Shown piece after piece: positions 44,722 through 53,217 of a DNA stretch of 64,000 nucleotides. A program made the position numbers and the translations under genes. This DNA is from Rhodocyclaceae bacterium. GTDB taxonomy: Bacteria > Pseudomonadota > Gammaproteobacteria > Burkholderiales > CAIKXV01. The stretch's first letter is position 1. Every line of letters begins with the position of its first letter. The notes under the pieces were generated by a model. That model saw only the letters and a program-made list of their open reading frames with translations. It was not told the origin of the DNA and made no database searches. The stretch lies in the NCBI GenBank assembly GCA_020248265.1, contig JADCHX010000004.1, positions 28,183-92,182 on the forward strand, given 5' to 3'.

Positions 44722-45684
44722 ATGGGCTGGACGGCAAGCGACTTCGAACGGCTGGATCCGCGGCTGATCCGGTCTTTCCTGGCGGTCGCTAGGGCGCAGA
44801 GCTTCTCTGCAGGCGCCGTCGCAGCCTCCCTCACTCAGGGCGCGGTCAGCCAGCAGATCGCCAAGCTCGAGGAGCGGCTCAACGCACAGTTGTTCGTGCG
44901 CTCCGGGACCCGGGTGGTCACCACCGAGGCCGGGCAGATGCTTGCGGAGTACGCGCAGGCCTACATGGATCACGCGACCCAGTTCCTCGAGAAGCTGAAC
45001 GCGGAGTTCGAGTCGCTGCGCGGTGAAGTGCGCTACGCGATGCCCGAGAGCTGCATCCATGCGCCACACTTCGGCTGGCTGCTCGAGCGTCGGCGCGAGC
45101 ATCCGCACATCACGCTGAAGATCGACCTGCTGCCGGTCGACGACGTATTGAAGTGCCTGCTGGCGGGGGACATCGATTTCGGTTTCGTGAACCAGGACAT
45201 CGAACTGCCGGCAGTGAAGCGCTATCCGTTCTGCTTCGAACAGTATTCACTGGTTGCCTCGGCAGGATCGGCGCCCGGGATGCCCGGCAGCCTCGACGAA
45301 CTCCTGAAGCTGCCGATGGTCGTCTATCCCGGCATGACGCACTGCCTCAACCAGTGGATTGCCGCGCATTACCAGGAAGACGACCCGATCTCTACCGTGG
45401 CGCTCAAGGTGGTCGGCGAGTTCAACGACATGCGGGGCGCGCTGGCGATGGTCGAGGGCGCGCTCGGCTGCACGATCATGCCGGACCATGTTGCGCAGGC
45501 TTCGCTCGACCGCGGTTCGATTGCTGCCGTGCGCTCCGCGCAGGGCGGGGTCATGGCGAGCCAGCAGATCTCGATCGTGCGCCTGAGAGAGCGCCGAATG
45601 CCCGCCAGGGTCAGGCGGGTGATCCACTGGTTCCTGGACATGCACACCGAGCTCCAGCCGGTACCCGAGGAGTTCTTCGCATGA
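44722..45684 (+). CDS. LysR-family transcriptional regulator
   Basis: IRSFLAVARAQSFSAGAVAASLTQGAVSQQIAKLEERLNAQLFVRS. Start chosen at ATG 44722; the track ORF starts at 44551. Confidence 0.85.
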   Translation: MGWTASDFERLDPRLIRSFLAVARAQSFSAGAVAASLTQGAVSQQIAKLEERLNAQLFVRSGTRVVTTEAGQMLAEYAQAYMDHATQFLEKLNAEFESLRGEVRYAMPESCIHAPHFGWLLERRREHPHITLKIDLLPVDDVLKCLLAGDIDFGFVNQDIELPAVKRYPFCFEQYSLVASAGSAPGMPGSLDELLKLPMVVYPGMTHCLNQWIAAHYQEDDPISTVALKVVGEFNDMRGALAMVEGALGCTIMPDHVAQASLDRGSIAAVRSAQGGVMASQQISIVRLRERRMPARVRRVIHWFLDMHTELQPVPEEFFA

Positions 45685-46415
45685 GCGAGCCGCAGTTCCG
45701 GGTGTGGGTGGGATGGCGCGTGCCATCGCTGCGAAACCCGGGCGGCTGGAGCAGGTTCCTCGAGGCGCTCTCGAAGACCTTCATCCCCGCCACTTGGATG
45801 GTCATGCGCCGTTACGGGCTGAAATCCTATGTGCCGAGCGTGACGCGGCCGGATCTTCCGCACGGCTGCCCGGAGGAAACGGCGCTCCTGGTCTATGAAT
45901 CGCGTGAGGCCTACGAAGTGAGCCGTACCACGGTGGGCGGCCGCAGCTACGGGCTGATGCATGGCGCGGTATTCGAGATGCCGTCTCCGTCGAGGTCGAC
46001 GTGGGCCGAGCAGTGGACGGGTACCGGACCGGGGCGCAAGCTGGACGCATGGGTCTGGCCCGCCACGGGTGGCGCCCGCTGGTCACTGGCCGACCGGTCC
46101 GCGCAGGTCGTGTTCGTGCTCGTTGGGCATGCCGCGGATGGGCGCCCGGCGGCCGATGTGCTGTACCAGTCGCTGAACTACGCCGACGGACAGGTCGTGC
46201 TTTGCCCCACGGAGACGTTCACGGCCGCGTGGATCGCGACCGGCGAGGGCGTCACTCCCGTCGTCTTCGGGTCCGCGCTCGCGTCCCGACTAACGGTCGC
46301 GCAGGTGCTTGTCGCCCATGTCGCACGGGCCGTCGATACGAATGGCGACTACTTCGAGGGGCCTGACGGCAGCGTGCCGGTAGGGGACGACGAGACACTT
46401 CGGTTCATATCGTAG
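45681..46415 (+). CDS. Hypothetical protein (244 aa), translationally coupled to the LysR gene
   Basis: ATGA overlap with the LysR stop (45681-45684). Balanced composition. No motif I can name. Confidence 0.5.
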   Translation: MSEPQFRVWVGWRVPSLRNPGGWSRFLEALSKTFIPATWMVMRRYGLKSYVPSVTRPDLPHGCPEETALLVYESREAYEVSRTTVGGRSYGLMHGAVFEMPSPSRSTWAEQWTGTGPGRKLDAWVWPATGGARWSLADRSAQVVFVLVGHAADGRPAADVLYQSLNYADGQVVLCPTETFTAAWIATGEGVTPVVFGSALASRLTVAQVLVAHVARAVDTNGDYFEGPDGSVPVGDDETLRFIS

Positions 46416-47311
46416 GTGCACCCGCAGGCGGCTTCTTCGGTCTGGCCTTGCAAGGATCGGCCGCCCGCAGGCTGCCGGGCAGGGCGTCGTAGCCCGCTTC
46501 GGACAGGCCGTTGCCCTGCGCGGCGTTGCCCGGCGCCCGGTGCGTGTCGGTTTCATGCATGATCCGGTCGAACGCGAGGCCAGTGTGGTTCGCGATCCAC
46601 CGCAGCGAACGCTGGTCCGGGCGCATCAGTGCATCGAGCTGCAGTTCCTCGAGCACGAGGTGCTGGCGCAGCAGCGCTTCCTGCGACAGTTCCCAAGCCG
46701 TCGTCCGAAGCCTGCCACCCTGCTCGTACCAGACAACGATCTTGAAGAAGCTGACCGCAAGCTTCACGCCGCTGCGGACGGGATCGCTGTCCCGGAAGAC
46801 GGGGCCGCTGAAGATGCAGATGCGGGCGGTCTTTCCGCCTTCTTTCAGGACGCCGCGCTCGAGGATCCACCGTTCCAGGCACGACCACGTGTCGGTGTCG
46901 CTTGTGCTCCGCTGATTGAACCCGGGATGCTGGGGTGCTGCATTGGTGTAGAAGTGCGTCAATGCAGAGGCCTGATGCGCCAGTGACCGTGTGGTGCCCC
47001 ACTCTGCATCTTCGCGGCGCGACAGGTGCCCTTTGTCCAGCCCGCTGCCCGCGGACCAGCTCATGGCCAGCTGGTGTTGCAGCGGGATCCGGCAGTCGCG
47101 TACCCAGAGAGCGGGCTTCGTGGTCAGCGAGGCCATCCACCTCGACCGTGCCCACTACGTGGCCATCGATTTGTCGCTGATCCATCCAGTTCCACACGCC
47201 AAACACGCAGTTCGTTAATTCCATCCTGTCGACGCTTGTGAACACGGCATCGTGGTGCACGAATCCGGTTGCAGCACCGTTGATCGGAGCCTTGAGCCTC
47301 TGCATCGCCAT
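46405..47311 (-). pseudogene. DNA/RNA non-specific (Serratia NucA/EndoG-type, beta-beta-alpha-Me) endonuclease, split by a frameshift
   Basis: The catalytic part is in ORF 46405..47136: WVRDCRIP..GSGLDKGHLSRRED..TNAAPQHPGFNQ..WSCLERW. The N-terminal strands TGFVHHDAVFTSVDRMELTNCVFGVWNWMDQ are in a different frame (part of ORF 46553..48043). The frames must switch between 47107 and 47154. Confidence 0.65.
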
Positions 47312-47937
47312 TACGGATGCCGCCAGCGGCGCTCGTACCGCCGGGTGCCGGATGGGCTTCCTGTCGGGCGGCGCCGAGAGCAAAAGGATTCGGCAGCCAA
47401 GGCTGCGCACAGGCCACCGGAATGGCAGCTGTGCTCCGGCGACCATCGCCGGGCCGTAGGCCTGGTCGGTGATCTCGAGAGCGAAGCCAGGCCCGGCATG
47501 AAGGAACTGCTGCAACGGCGTTTCGGCGCCCTTCTGGTGTGCCTTTCGGTCCCCGCCGACGTGACAGCCTGCAAGGAGTGCCAGGTGTCCTCGCTGCGGC
47601 GGCTGGTGAAGGCGTCTGACTGCATGGGGGTCTGGTCGAAGGCTGCGGGCACGCGTACGCCGTGCAGCGATGCTGCACCTGCCGGCGCCTCTGCGCCCGA
47701 ACCGTCCCCCGTGCCGGAACCGGCCTCCTGATTCCGGCCATCGACGTTGGCGCGCACGACGCGCGCAGTTGACGCAACGCACGGCAGACTTCATGCTGAT
47801 GCCGTTGTCTGTCAGCATCGATCGATGGCGCGAGCGGGGATACATCCGCCGCGTCGACGGAGGAGGGCGGCTTGTTCGCTCGCTGCACCCGTATCCACGC
47901 CAGCTGCCTCCTGCGCCGCTGGGTGCGCGCGTCATCC

Positions 47938-48906
47938 ATGGTGGCCGGCCTGGCAGGGGGCGGCATGTTCGTGGCCGCAGGTACAGCCTTGCCCCAGGGG
48001 AGTGCGCCCGATCGTCCGGTCCGGTTGATCGTGCCCTTCGCACCCGGCGGGATCAACGATACCGTTGCGCGGCCACTGGCCGAACGCATGCGGACATCGC
48101 TCGGCAATGTCGTGGTCGAGAACCGTGCCGGCGCCGGCGGCACGATCGGCGCTGCGGTCGTGGCGCGCGCCGAACCGGACGGCAACACCCTGCTGCTGGG
48201 CAGCGCAGCCACCCACATCGTCGGGCCGCTGGTGACGACCGCGCCCGGCTACGACCCGGTGAAGGACTTCGCGCCGGTCGGCATCATCGCGGTGAGCGGG
48301 CTGGCGATTGCCGTCCATCCCTCCTTGCCGGTGAAGACACTGCAGACGTTCATCGCGTTCGCCCGTGACCGTCCGAACCAGCTTTCCTATGCATCGGCTG
48401 GCGCCGGCTCGGCGACACACCTGGGCGGCGAGTTGTTCAAGTCGCTCGCGAGGCTGCCGTCGCTGTCGCACGTGCCCTATCGCGGCGGCGGTCCGGCGAC
48501 CGCCGACCTGCTGGGCGGACATGTTCCGGTCGGCGTGCTCAACATCAGCGGCCAGATGATCGAATACCACCGGGCGGGCCGGCTGCGCATCCTCGCGGTA
48601 ACGACCACGAAGCGAGCCGGCAGCGCCTCCGAGATTCCGACCGCGATCGAGTCCGGGTTGCGGGACATGGTCGCCCTCAATTTCGCCGGGCTGCTGTTGC
48701 CGGCGGCAACGCCAGCCGCCACGGTCGAGCGCATCTCGAATGCGCTGCGGGCCGCCATCGCCGACAAGGCCCTGGTAAAGCTGTTCTTGAACGCGGGCCT
48801 CGAAATGTCCGCGGACGATACACCGGAGCGCGCCCAGCGCTTCATCGAATCCGAGATCGGCCGCTGGTCGCCAGTGATCCGGTCCATCGGACTCAAACCG
48901 GGCTGA
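47938..48906 (+). CDS. Bug/TctC-family substrate-binding protein
   Basis: PVRLIVPFAPGGINDT and HVPYRGGGPATADLLGGHVPV. The start is uncertain: ATG 47938 or TTG 47872. Confidence 0.85.
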   Translation: MVAGLAGGGMFVAAGTALPQGSAPDRPVRLIVPFAPGGINDTVARPLAERMRTSLGNVVVENRAGAGGTIGAAVVARAEPDGNTLLLGSAATHIVGPLVTTAPGYDPVKDFAPVGIIAVSGLAIAVHPSLPVKTLQTFIAFARDRPNQLSYASAGAGSATHLGGELFKSLARLPSLSHVPYRGGGPATADLLGGHVPVGVLNISGQMIEYHRAGRLRILAVTTTKRAGSASEIPTAIESGLRDMVALNFAGLLLPAATPAATVERISNALRAAIADKALVKLFLNAGLEMSADDTPERAQRFIESEIGRWSPVIRSIGLKPG

Positions 48907-48971
48907 CCTGACGGTCGAGCCCGTCCTTGCTGCATTTGACCCCCCGAGTCGATAGACAGGAGACCCTGACG

Positions 48972-49916
48972 ATGTCCACACCGCTGAAGCACACCCGCAT
49001 CGAACTCAACAACGCCGTGTTCTCGCTGCCCGACATCGTGGCCAAGGCAGAGGGCTATTTCCTCGACGAGGGCGTCGACGTCGAGCTGGTCCTGCCCGAG
49101 AAGCGCAAGGCCATGATCGCGGCCGCGGATGCGCCGATCAAGCAGCACTCGGCCATCCAGTCGTTCCTCTGGCACGAGGGTATCGAGAAGGGCGAGTTCT
49201 CGGTCTATCACGCGTGCGAATGGGGACAGATGCGCCGCACCCAGGACACCTGCGCCGGCGTGAAGGTGATCACCAAGCGCGCGGCCGTGTCGACACAGGC
49301 CATCATCGTGCGCGGCGATTCACCGTACAACGTGCCGCAGGACCTCGCGAATGTCGAGGTCGCCGTCAACTACCATGCCGGCTCGCACTACATCACGCTC
49401 GGCATGCTGGCCGGTTTCATGAAACAGGACCAGGTGAAGACCGTTCACATCGGCGTCCCCAACCAGCGCTTCAAGGCCGTGATGGAAGGCCGCATCCAGG
49501 CCGCCGCGCTGATGGAGCCGTGGATCTCGGTCGCCGAGAAACTCGGCTTCAAGGTGATCTGCGAGTCGTTTTACAACGGACTCGAAGTGGCCGACCCGTC
49601 GGTGGACACCGAACTGTTCGATGCGCTGCGCCGCGCCCACATCCGCGCGGTCGACAAGATCAACCAGGACATCCGGCCCTGGCTGCACCACCTCACCGCC
49701 GAGGTGCCGGCCGACATCGTGAAGCTGGAGACCTCCGACCTGCACCTGCCGCGGCTGCGCTACAACTATCCGGAGTTCTATTCGCCGGCGGAGTTCCAGC
49801 GCACCTACGACTTCATGGTCGAGCGGGGTCTGATCAATCCGGAAAGCACCTTCGACAAGCTGGTCGGCGGGCGGGCCGCCGAGCTGGGCAGGGGGGGCGC
49901 GCCGCTGGCGTCCTGA
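48972..49916 (+). CDS. NMT1/THI5-like (SsuA/NitT-type periplasmic-binding-fold) protein without a signal peptide
   Basis: AGGAG RBS. FSLPDIVAKAEGYFLDEGVDVELV..NYHAGSHYITLGML..ALMEPWISVAEKLG. Confidence 0.7.
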   Translation: MSTPLKHTRIELNNAVFSLPDIVAKAEGYFLDEGVDVELVLPEKRKAMIAAADAPIKQHSAIQSFLWHEGIEKGEFSVYHACEWGQMRRTQDTCAGVKVITKRAAVSTQAIIVRGDSPYNVPQDLANVEVAVNYHAGSHYITLGMLAGFMKQDQVKTVHIGVPNQRFKAVMEGRIQAAALMEPWISVAEKLGFKVICESFYNGLEVADPSVDTELFDALRRAHIRAVDKINQDIRPWLHHLTAEVPADIVKLETSDLHLPRLRYNYPEFYSPAEFQRTYDFMVERGLINPESTFDKLVGGRAAELGRGGAPLAS

Positions 49917-50070
49917 GTCGTAGTCGATCGTATCGGTGTCGGCTGCGGCCGATGCCGATGCGGCCGATGCGCGTAACCCTGGATTCATCGTTCGCGCAGG
50001 CTACAGTCGAATCTCCTGAAGTCCTGACCGATGCAACACCCCGAGCTATTTCGCGGAGCCCATCGGGAAA

Positions 50071-50087
50071 GCTCACGTGGTGAGCCA
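50071..50087. repeat. 17-nt element GCTCACGTGGTGAGCCA (contains the palindrome GCTCAC-GTG-GTGAGC), copy 1, upstream of the OMP gene
   Basis: Identical 17-mer to 50926..50942. Both copies are followed within ~20 nt by CGTAAGC. Confidence 0.7.
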
Positions 50088-50164
50088 TGCGTCGGGCATC
50101 GTAAGCCGACGCCCACCCGCGAACGTCATCGCATCCGGGACGGCTCAAACACACAGGAGAAGAC

Positions 50165-50842
50165 ATGAAACGCGCAGTCCTGATGGCCGGAATCCTTGCC
50201 GCTGCAAGCAGCGGATCTTTCGCACAGCCCTCTACCTACATCGCGGTCGGCTTCGGTACCGCGAAGGTGAGCAGCGACATTGCCACCTATTCGCAAACGT
50301 CCGGTGGCCTCAGATTCACCCAGAGCGCCGACACCAACGGTACCGCTTCCGGCCTGCTGCTCGGTCGCAGCTTCAACAGCCAGTGGTCCCTCGAAGGCGG
50401 CTACCTGAACATTCGAAGCCTGTCCGCGAACGCGTCCCTCGTCGCGACCAACGCGGTGGTTGGTGGCAATACCTACAACGGCTCCATCACTGCCAGGCAG
50501 GATATCTCGGGCTACGCATTCACCCTCGCGCCACGCTTCACCCATCGCATCGGTTCGGTCGACCTGTTCGCGAAGGCCGGGCTTGCGCATGTCAAGGTCG
50601 AAAACGAAGTGATCCTGACCGGCAGCGGCACGGTCAACGGCACCGCCGTGGCAGCCGGCTTCAGGCAGACCTTCAGCGACCGGAGCACCGTCCCCATGAT
50701 CGGCATCGGCGCGCAGTTCTTCGCCACGCCGAGCATCGGCGTCCGGGGCGACTATACCTACATCAGCAAGGTCGGTGACCGGGCGACCACCGGAGAGTCC
50801 TCGATCAAGGTGCTGATGATCTCGGGCGTATATCAGTTCTGA
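50165..50842 (+). CDS. Small outer-membrane beta-barrel protein (OmpA-N/OmpW-like, 8-stranded type)
   Basis: Signal peptide MKRAVLMAGILAAASSGSFA, alternating beta-strand pattern, C-terminal ISGVYQF ending in Phe. Confidence 0.8.
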   Translation: MKRAVLMAGILAAASSGSFAQPSTYIAVGFGTAKVSSDIATYSQTSGGLRFTQSADTNGTASGLLLGRSFNSQWSLEGGYLNIRSLSANASLVATNAVVGGNTYNGSITARQDISGYAFTLAPRFTHRIGSVDLFAKAGLAHVKVENEVILTGSGTVNGTAVAAGFRQTFSDRSTVPMIGIGAQFFATPSIGVRGDYTYISKVGDRATTGESSIKVLMISGVYQF

Positions 50843-50925
50843 GCCGGAATGGCCCGGGCGGCTCCGGTAGTGCACAAGGCGGTAGAAGCCGTAGCGTAAG
50901 CTTCCCATCAGGCGGTAAGGCGCTG

Positions 50926-50942
50926 GCTCACGTGGTGAGCCA
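50926..50942. repeat. 17-nt element GCTCACGTGGTGAGCCA, copy 2, between the OMP gene and the WYL regulator gene
   Basis: Identical to 50071..50087. Confidence 0.7.
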
Positions 50943-50987
50943 GCGAGTCCGTAAGCTGCGCAGCTACCAGCGGTAAACGGGCGAGCC

Positions 50988-51968
50988 TTGAATCCCATCG
51001 AACGCTTCTATCGTATCGACCAGCTGCTCACCGAACACGGCAGCCTGTCGATGCAGTCGCTGTGCGCGGCACTCGAGGTCTCGCGCGCGACCGCCAAGCG
51101 CGACCTGACCTACATGCGCGATCGCCTCAATGCGCCGATCGTGTTCGACCGGTTCATCGGCGGCTATCGGTTCGAGAAGTCGAAGAGCCGCTCAGGGCCG
51201 CGGTATGCGCTGCCGGGCCTGTGGTTCTCTTCCGACGAGATCCACGCGCTGATGACCATGAACGCCCTGTTGAAGGAACTCGATCCGGATGGTTTCATCG
51301 GTGCCGAGGTGCGCCCGCTGATCGACCGGCTCGAAGGGCTGCTCGGGCGGGCGAACGCGCCGGCGCGGGCGGTGATGCTGCGGGTGAAGCTGGTACGCAG
51401 TCTCGGCCGCCCGGTGCCCTTGAAGTGGTTCCAGATGGTCGGTGCGGCGGTCATGGCCGGCCGGCGGCTGCAGATCGCCTACCTCGGGCGTCACCGGAAC
51501 GAGCGCTCCACGCGCGAGGTGTCGCCCCTGCGGCTCGTGTTCCATCGAAACTCCTGGTATCTGGACGCCTGGTGCCACCAGGTGGACGACTTCCGCACCT
51601 TCGCGATCGACGCGATCGAGCAGGCCGTTCCCCTCGACGCACGGGCACGCCGCGTGTCTCTGGCGGAGGTCGACGCGCGGCTGGGCGGTGGCTACGGCAT
51701 CTACAAGGGCGAGCAGTTGCAATGGGCAAGGCTGCGCTTCGAAGCGCAGGCCGCCGTCTGGGTGCGTTCCGAGCAATGGCATCCGCAGCAGAAGGCGCGG
51801 GTGCTGCCCGATGGCAAGTACGAGTTGCGCCTGCCCTATGCCAAGCCACACGAACTGGTGATGGACATCCTGCGCCACGGCGAGCAGGTCGAGGTGATCG
51901 AGCCCGCCGAGCTGCGCGCCGAGGTCGCCCGGAGAGTACGACTGGCGGCGGAGCGATACGCCGTGTGA
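50988..51968 (+). CDS. HTH + WYL-domain transcriptional regulator (YafY-like)
   Basis: N-terminal HTH SLSMQSLCAALEVSRATAKRDLTYMRD. WYL core REVSPLRLVFHRNSWYLDAWCHQVDDFRTFAIDAI. TTG start. Confidence 0.85.
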   Translation: MNPIERFYRIDQLLTEHGSLSMQSLCAALEVSRATAKRDLTYMRDRLNAPIVFDRFIGGYRFEKSKSRSGPRYALPGLWFSSDEIHALMTMNALLKELDPDGFIGAEVRPLIDRLEGLLGRANAPARAVMLRVKLVRSLGRPVPLKWFQMVGAAVMAGRRLQIAYLGRHRNERSTREVSPLRLVFHRNSWYLDAWCHQVDDFRTFAIDAIEQAVPLDARARRVSLAEVDARLGGGYGIYKGEQLQWARLRFEAQAAVWVRSEQWHPQQKARVLPDGKYELRLPYAKPHELVMDILRHGEQVEVIEPAELRAEVARRVRLAAERYAV

Positions 51969-52130
51969 GCGCCAGCCGCACAGGTGCCGGATTCGCGATG
52001 GGACGACACGGGAAGAGGCGCGGGGAAGGGACACCGCTTGACGCCTTGCCCCCGTGATTCCTACACTGCGTACCTGCATGTGATCATGAAGCCACGCGAC
52101 AGACGGGGCCACGATCCGGAGGAGAACCCG

Positions 52131-53156
52131 ATGTCCCAGCCCCGTCCGCTCTGCGGGCAGCAGCGCCGCTCGCGCCTGCTGCCTGTTGTCATGGCCACCC
52201 TGGCGCTGTCCTGCGCGCTACCCGCGGCAGCGCAGCCCCAGGAGTTTCCCGCGCGTCCCATCCGTCTGATCGAAGGCTTCGGTGCCGGTGGCGTCGTCGA
52301 CCTGGTGGCGCGGTTGGTGATGCCGAAGATGTCCGCAGCGCTCGGCCAGCCGATCATCCTCGAGAATCGCGTTGGCGCAGCCGGGGTGATCGCGAGCAGC
52401 CTGGTGGCGAAGGCTGCGCCCGACGGCCATACCTGGCTGATCACCACTGGCTCGCATACGTCGAACACGGCCTTCAACCCGTCTGGCGTACCGTACGACC
52501 CCGTCAAGGACTTTGCGCCGGTCACGCAGATCGCGCGCACCTACGGCATGGTGCACCTGGTGCATCCGTCGATCCCGGCGCGCAGCGTCAAGGAGTTCGT
52601 CACGCTCGCGCGCAAGCATCCGGGCAAGCTCACCTACGGCGCGGCGGGGGTCGGCAACATCCTTTACATCGGCGCAGAGATGCTCAAGGCGGTATCGGGC
52701 ACCGATATCCGATACGTGCAATACAAGGGTGCGGCACAGGCCACCAACGATCTGATGGGCGGTCATATCGACACGCTGTTCCTGACCACCCCGGTGGCGA
52801 TGCCGCTGATCAAGGGTGGCAAGGCGCGGCCGCTGGCGATCACCGGTCCGGTGCGCTGGAAGGGGCTGCCCGACGTGCCGACGATGCGCGAGGCTGGCTA
52901 TCCCGACTTCGACCTGATCGGCTGGTTCGGGCTGTGGCTGCCCGCCAACACGCGTCCGGAAATCATCGCCCGCCTGCACGCCGAGGTCGACCGCGCGGTT
53001 GCCGATCCGGAAATCCGCAACCGGTTCGATGAACTCGGACTGCTGCCCGGCGGCATGAGTACCGCCGATTTCGCGCGTTACGTCGCGCAGGACCTCGCGC
53101 AGATGCGCGACCTCGCAGCCCGCATCGCGAAGGCTGGCGGCCACAAGACCGACTGA
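52131..53156 (+). CDS. Bug/TctC-family substrate-binding protein
   Basis: GGAGGAG RBS, RRSRLL Tat-like signal, PIRLIEGFGAGGVVD, YVQYKGAAQATNDLMGGHIDT. Confidence 0.9.
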   Translation: MSQPRPLCGQQRRSRLLPVVMATLALSCALPAAAQPQEFPARPIRLIEGFGAGGVVDLVARLVMPKMSAALGQPIILENRVGAAGVIASSLVAKAAPDGHTWLITTGSHTSNTAFNPSGVPYDPVKDFAPVTQIARTYGMVHLVHPSIPARSVKEFVTLARKHPGKLTYGAAGVGNILYIGAEMLKAVSGTDIRYVQYKGAAQATNDLMGGHIDTLFLTTPVAMPLIKGGKARPLAITGPVRWKGLPDVPTMREAGYPDFDLIGWFGLWLPANTRPEIIARLHAEVDRAVADPEIRNRFDELGLLPGGMSTADFARYVAQDLAQMRDLAARIAKAGGHKTD

Positions 53157-53217
53157 GGGTCCTCCTGCGACCCGCCCTGGTTGTCCACCGTTTCTGCTTC
53201 CATCCACCGGCCTGCAC

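Noticed and set aside
47107-47154. Programmed ribosomal frameshifting in the nuclease gene
   Set aside because: There is no slippery heptamer, homopolymer run or obvious downstream structure at the frame junction. A simple indel, by mutation or sequencing error, is the more economical explanation.
48907-48971. TPP riboswitch upstream of the NMT1/THI5-like gene
   Set aside because: The leader is only ~65 nt and lacks the conserved CUGAGA/ACCUGA core elements of THI-box riboswitches.
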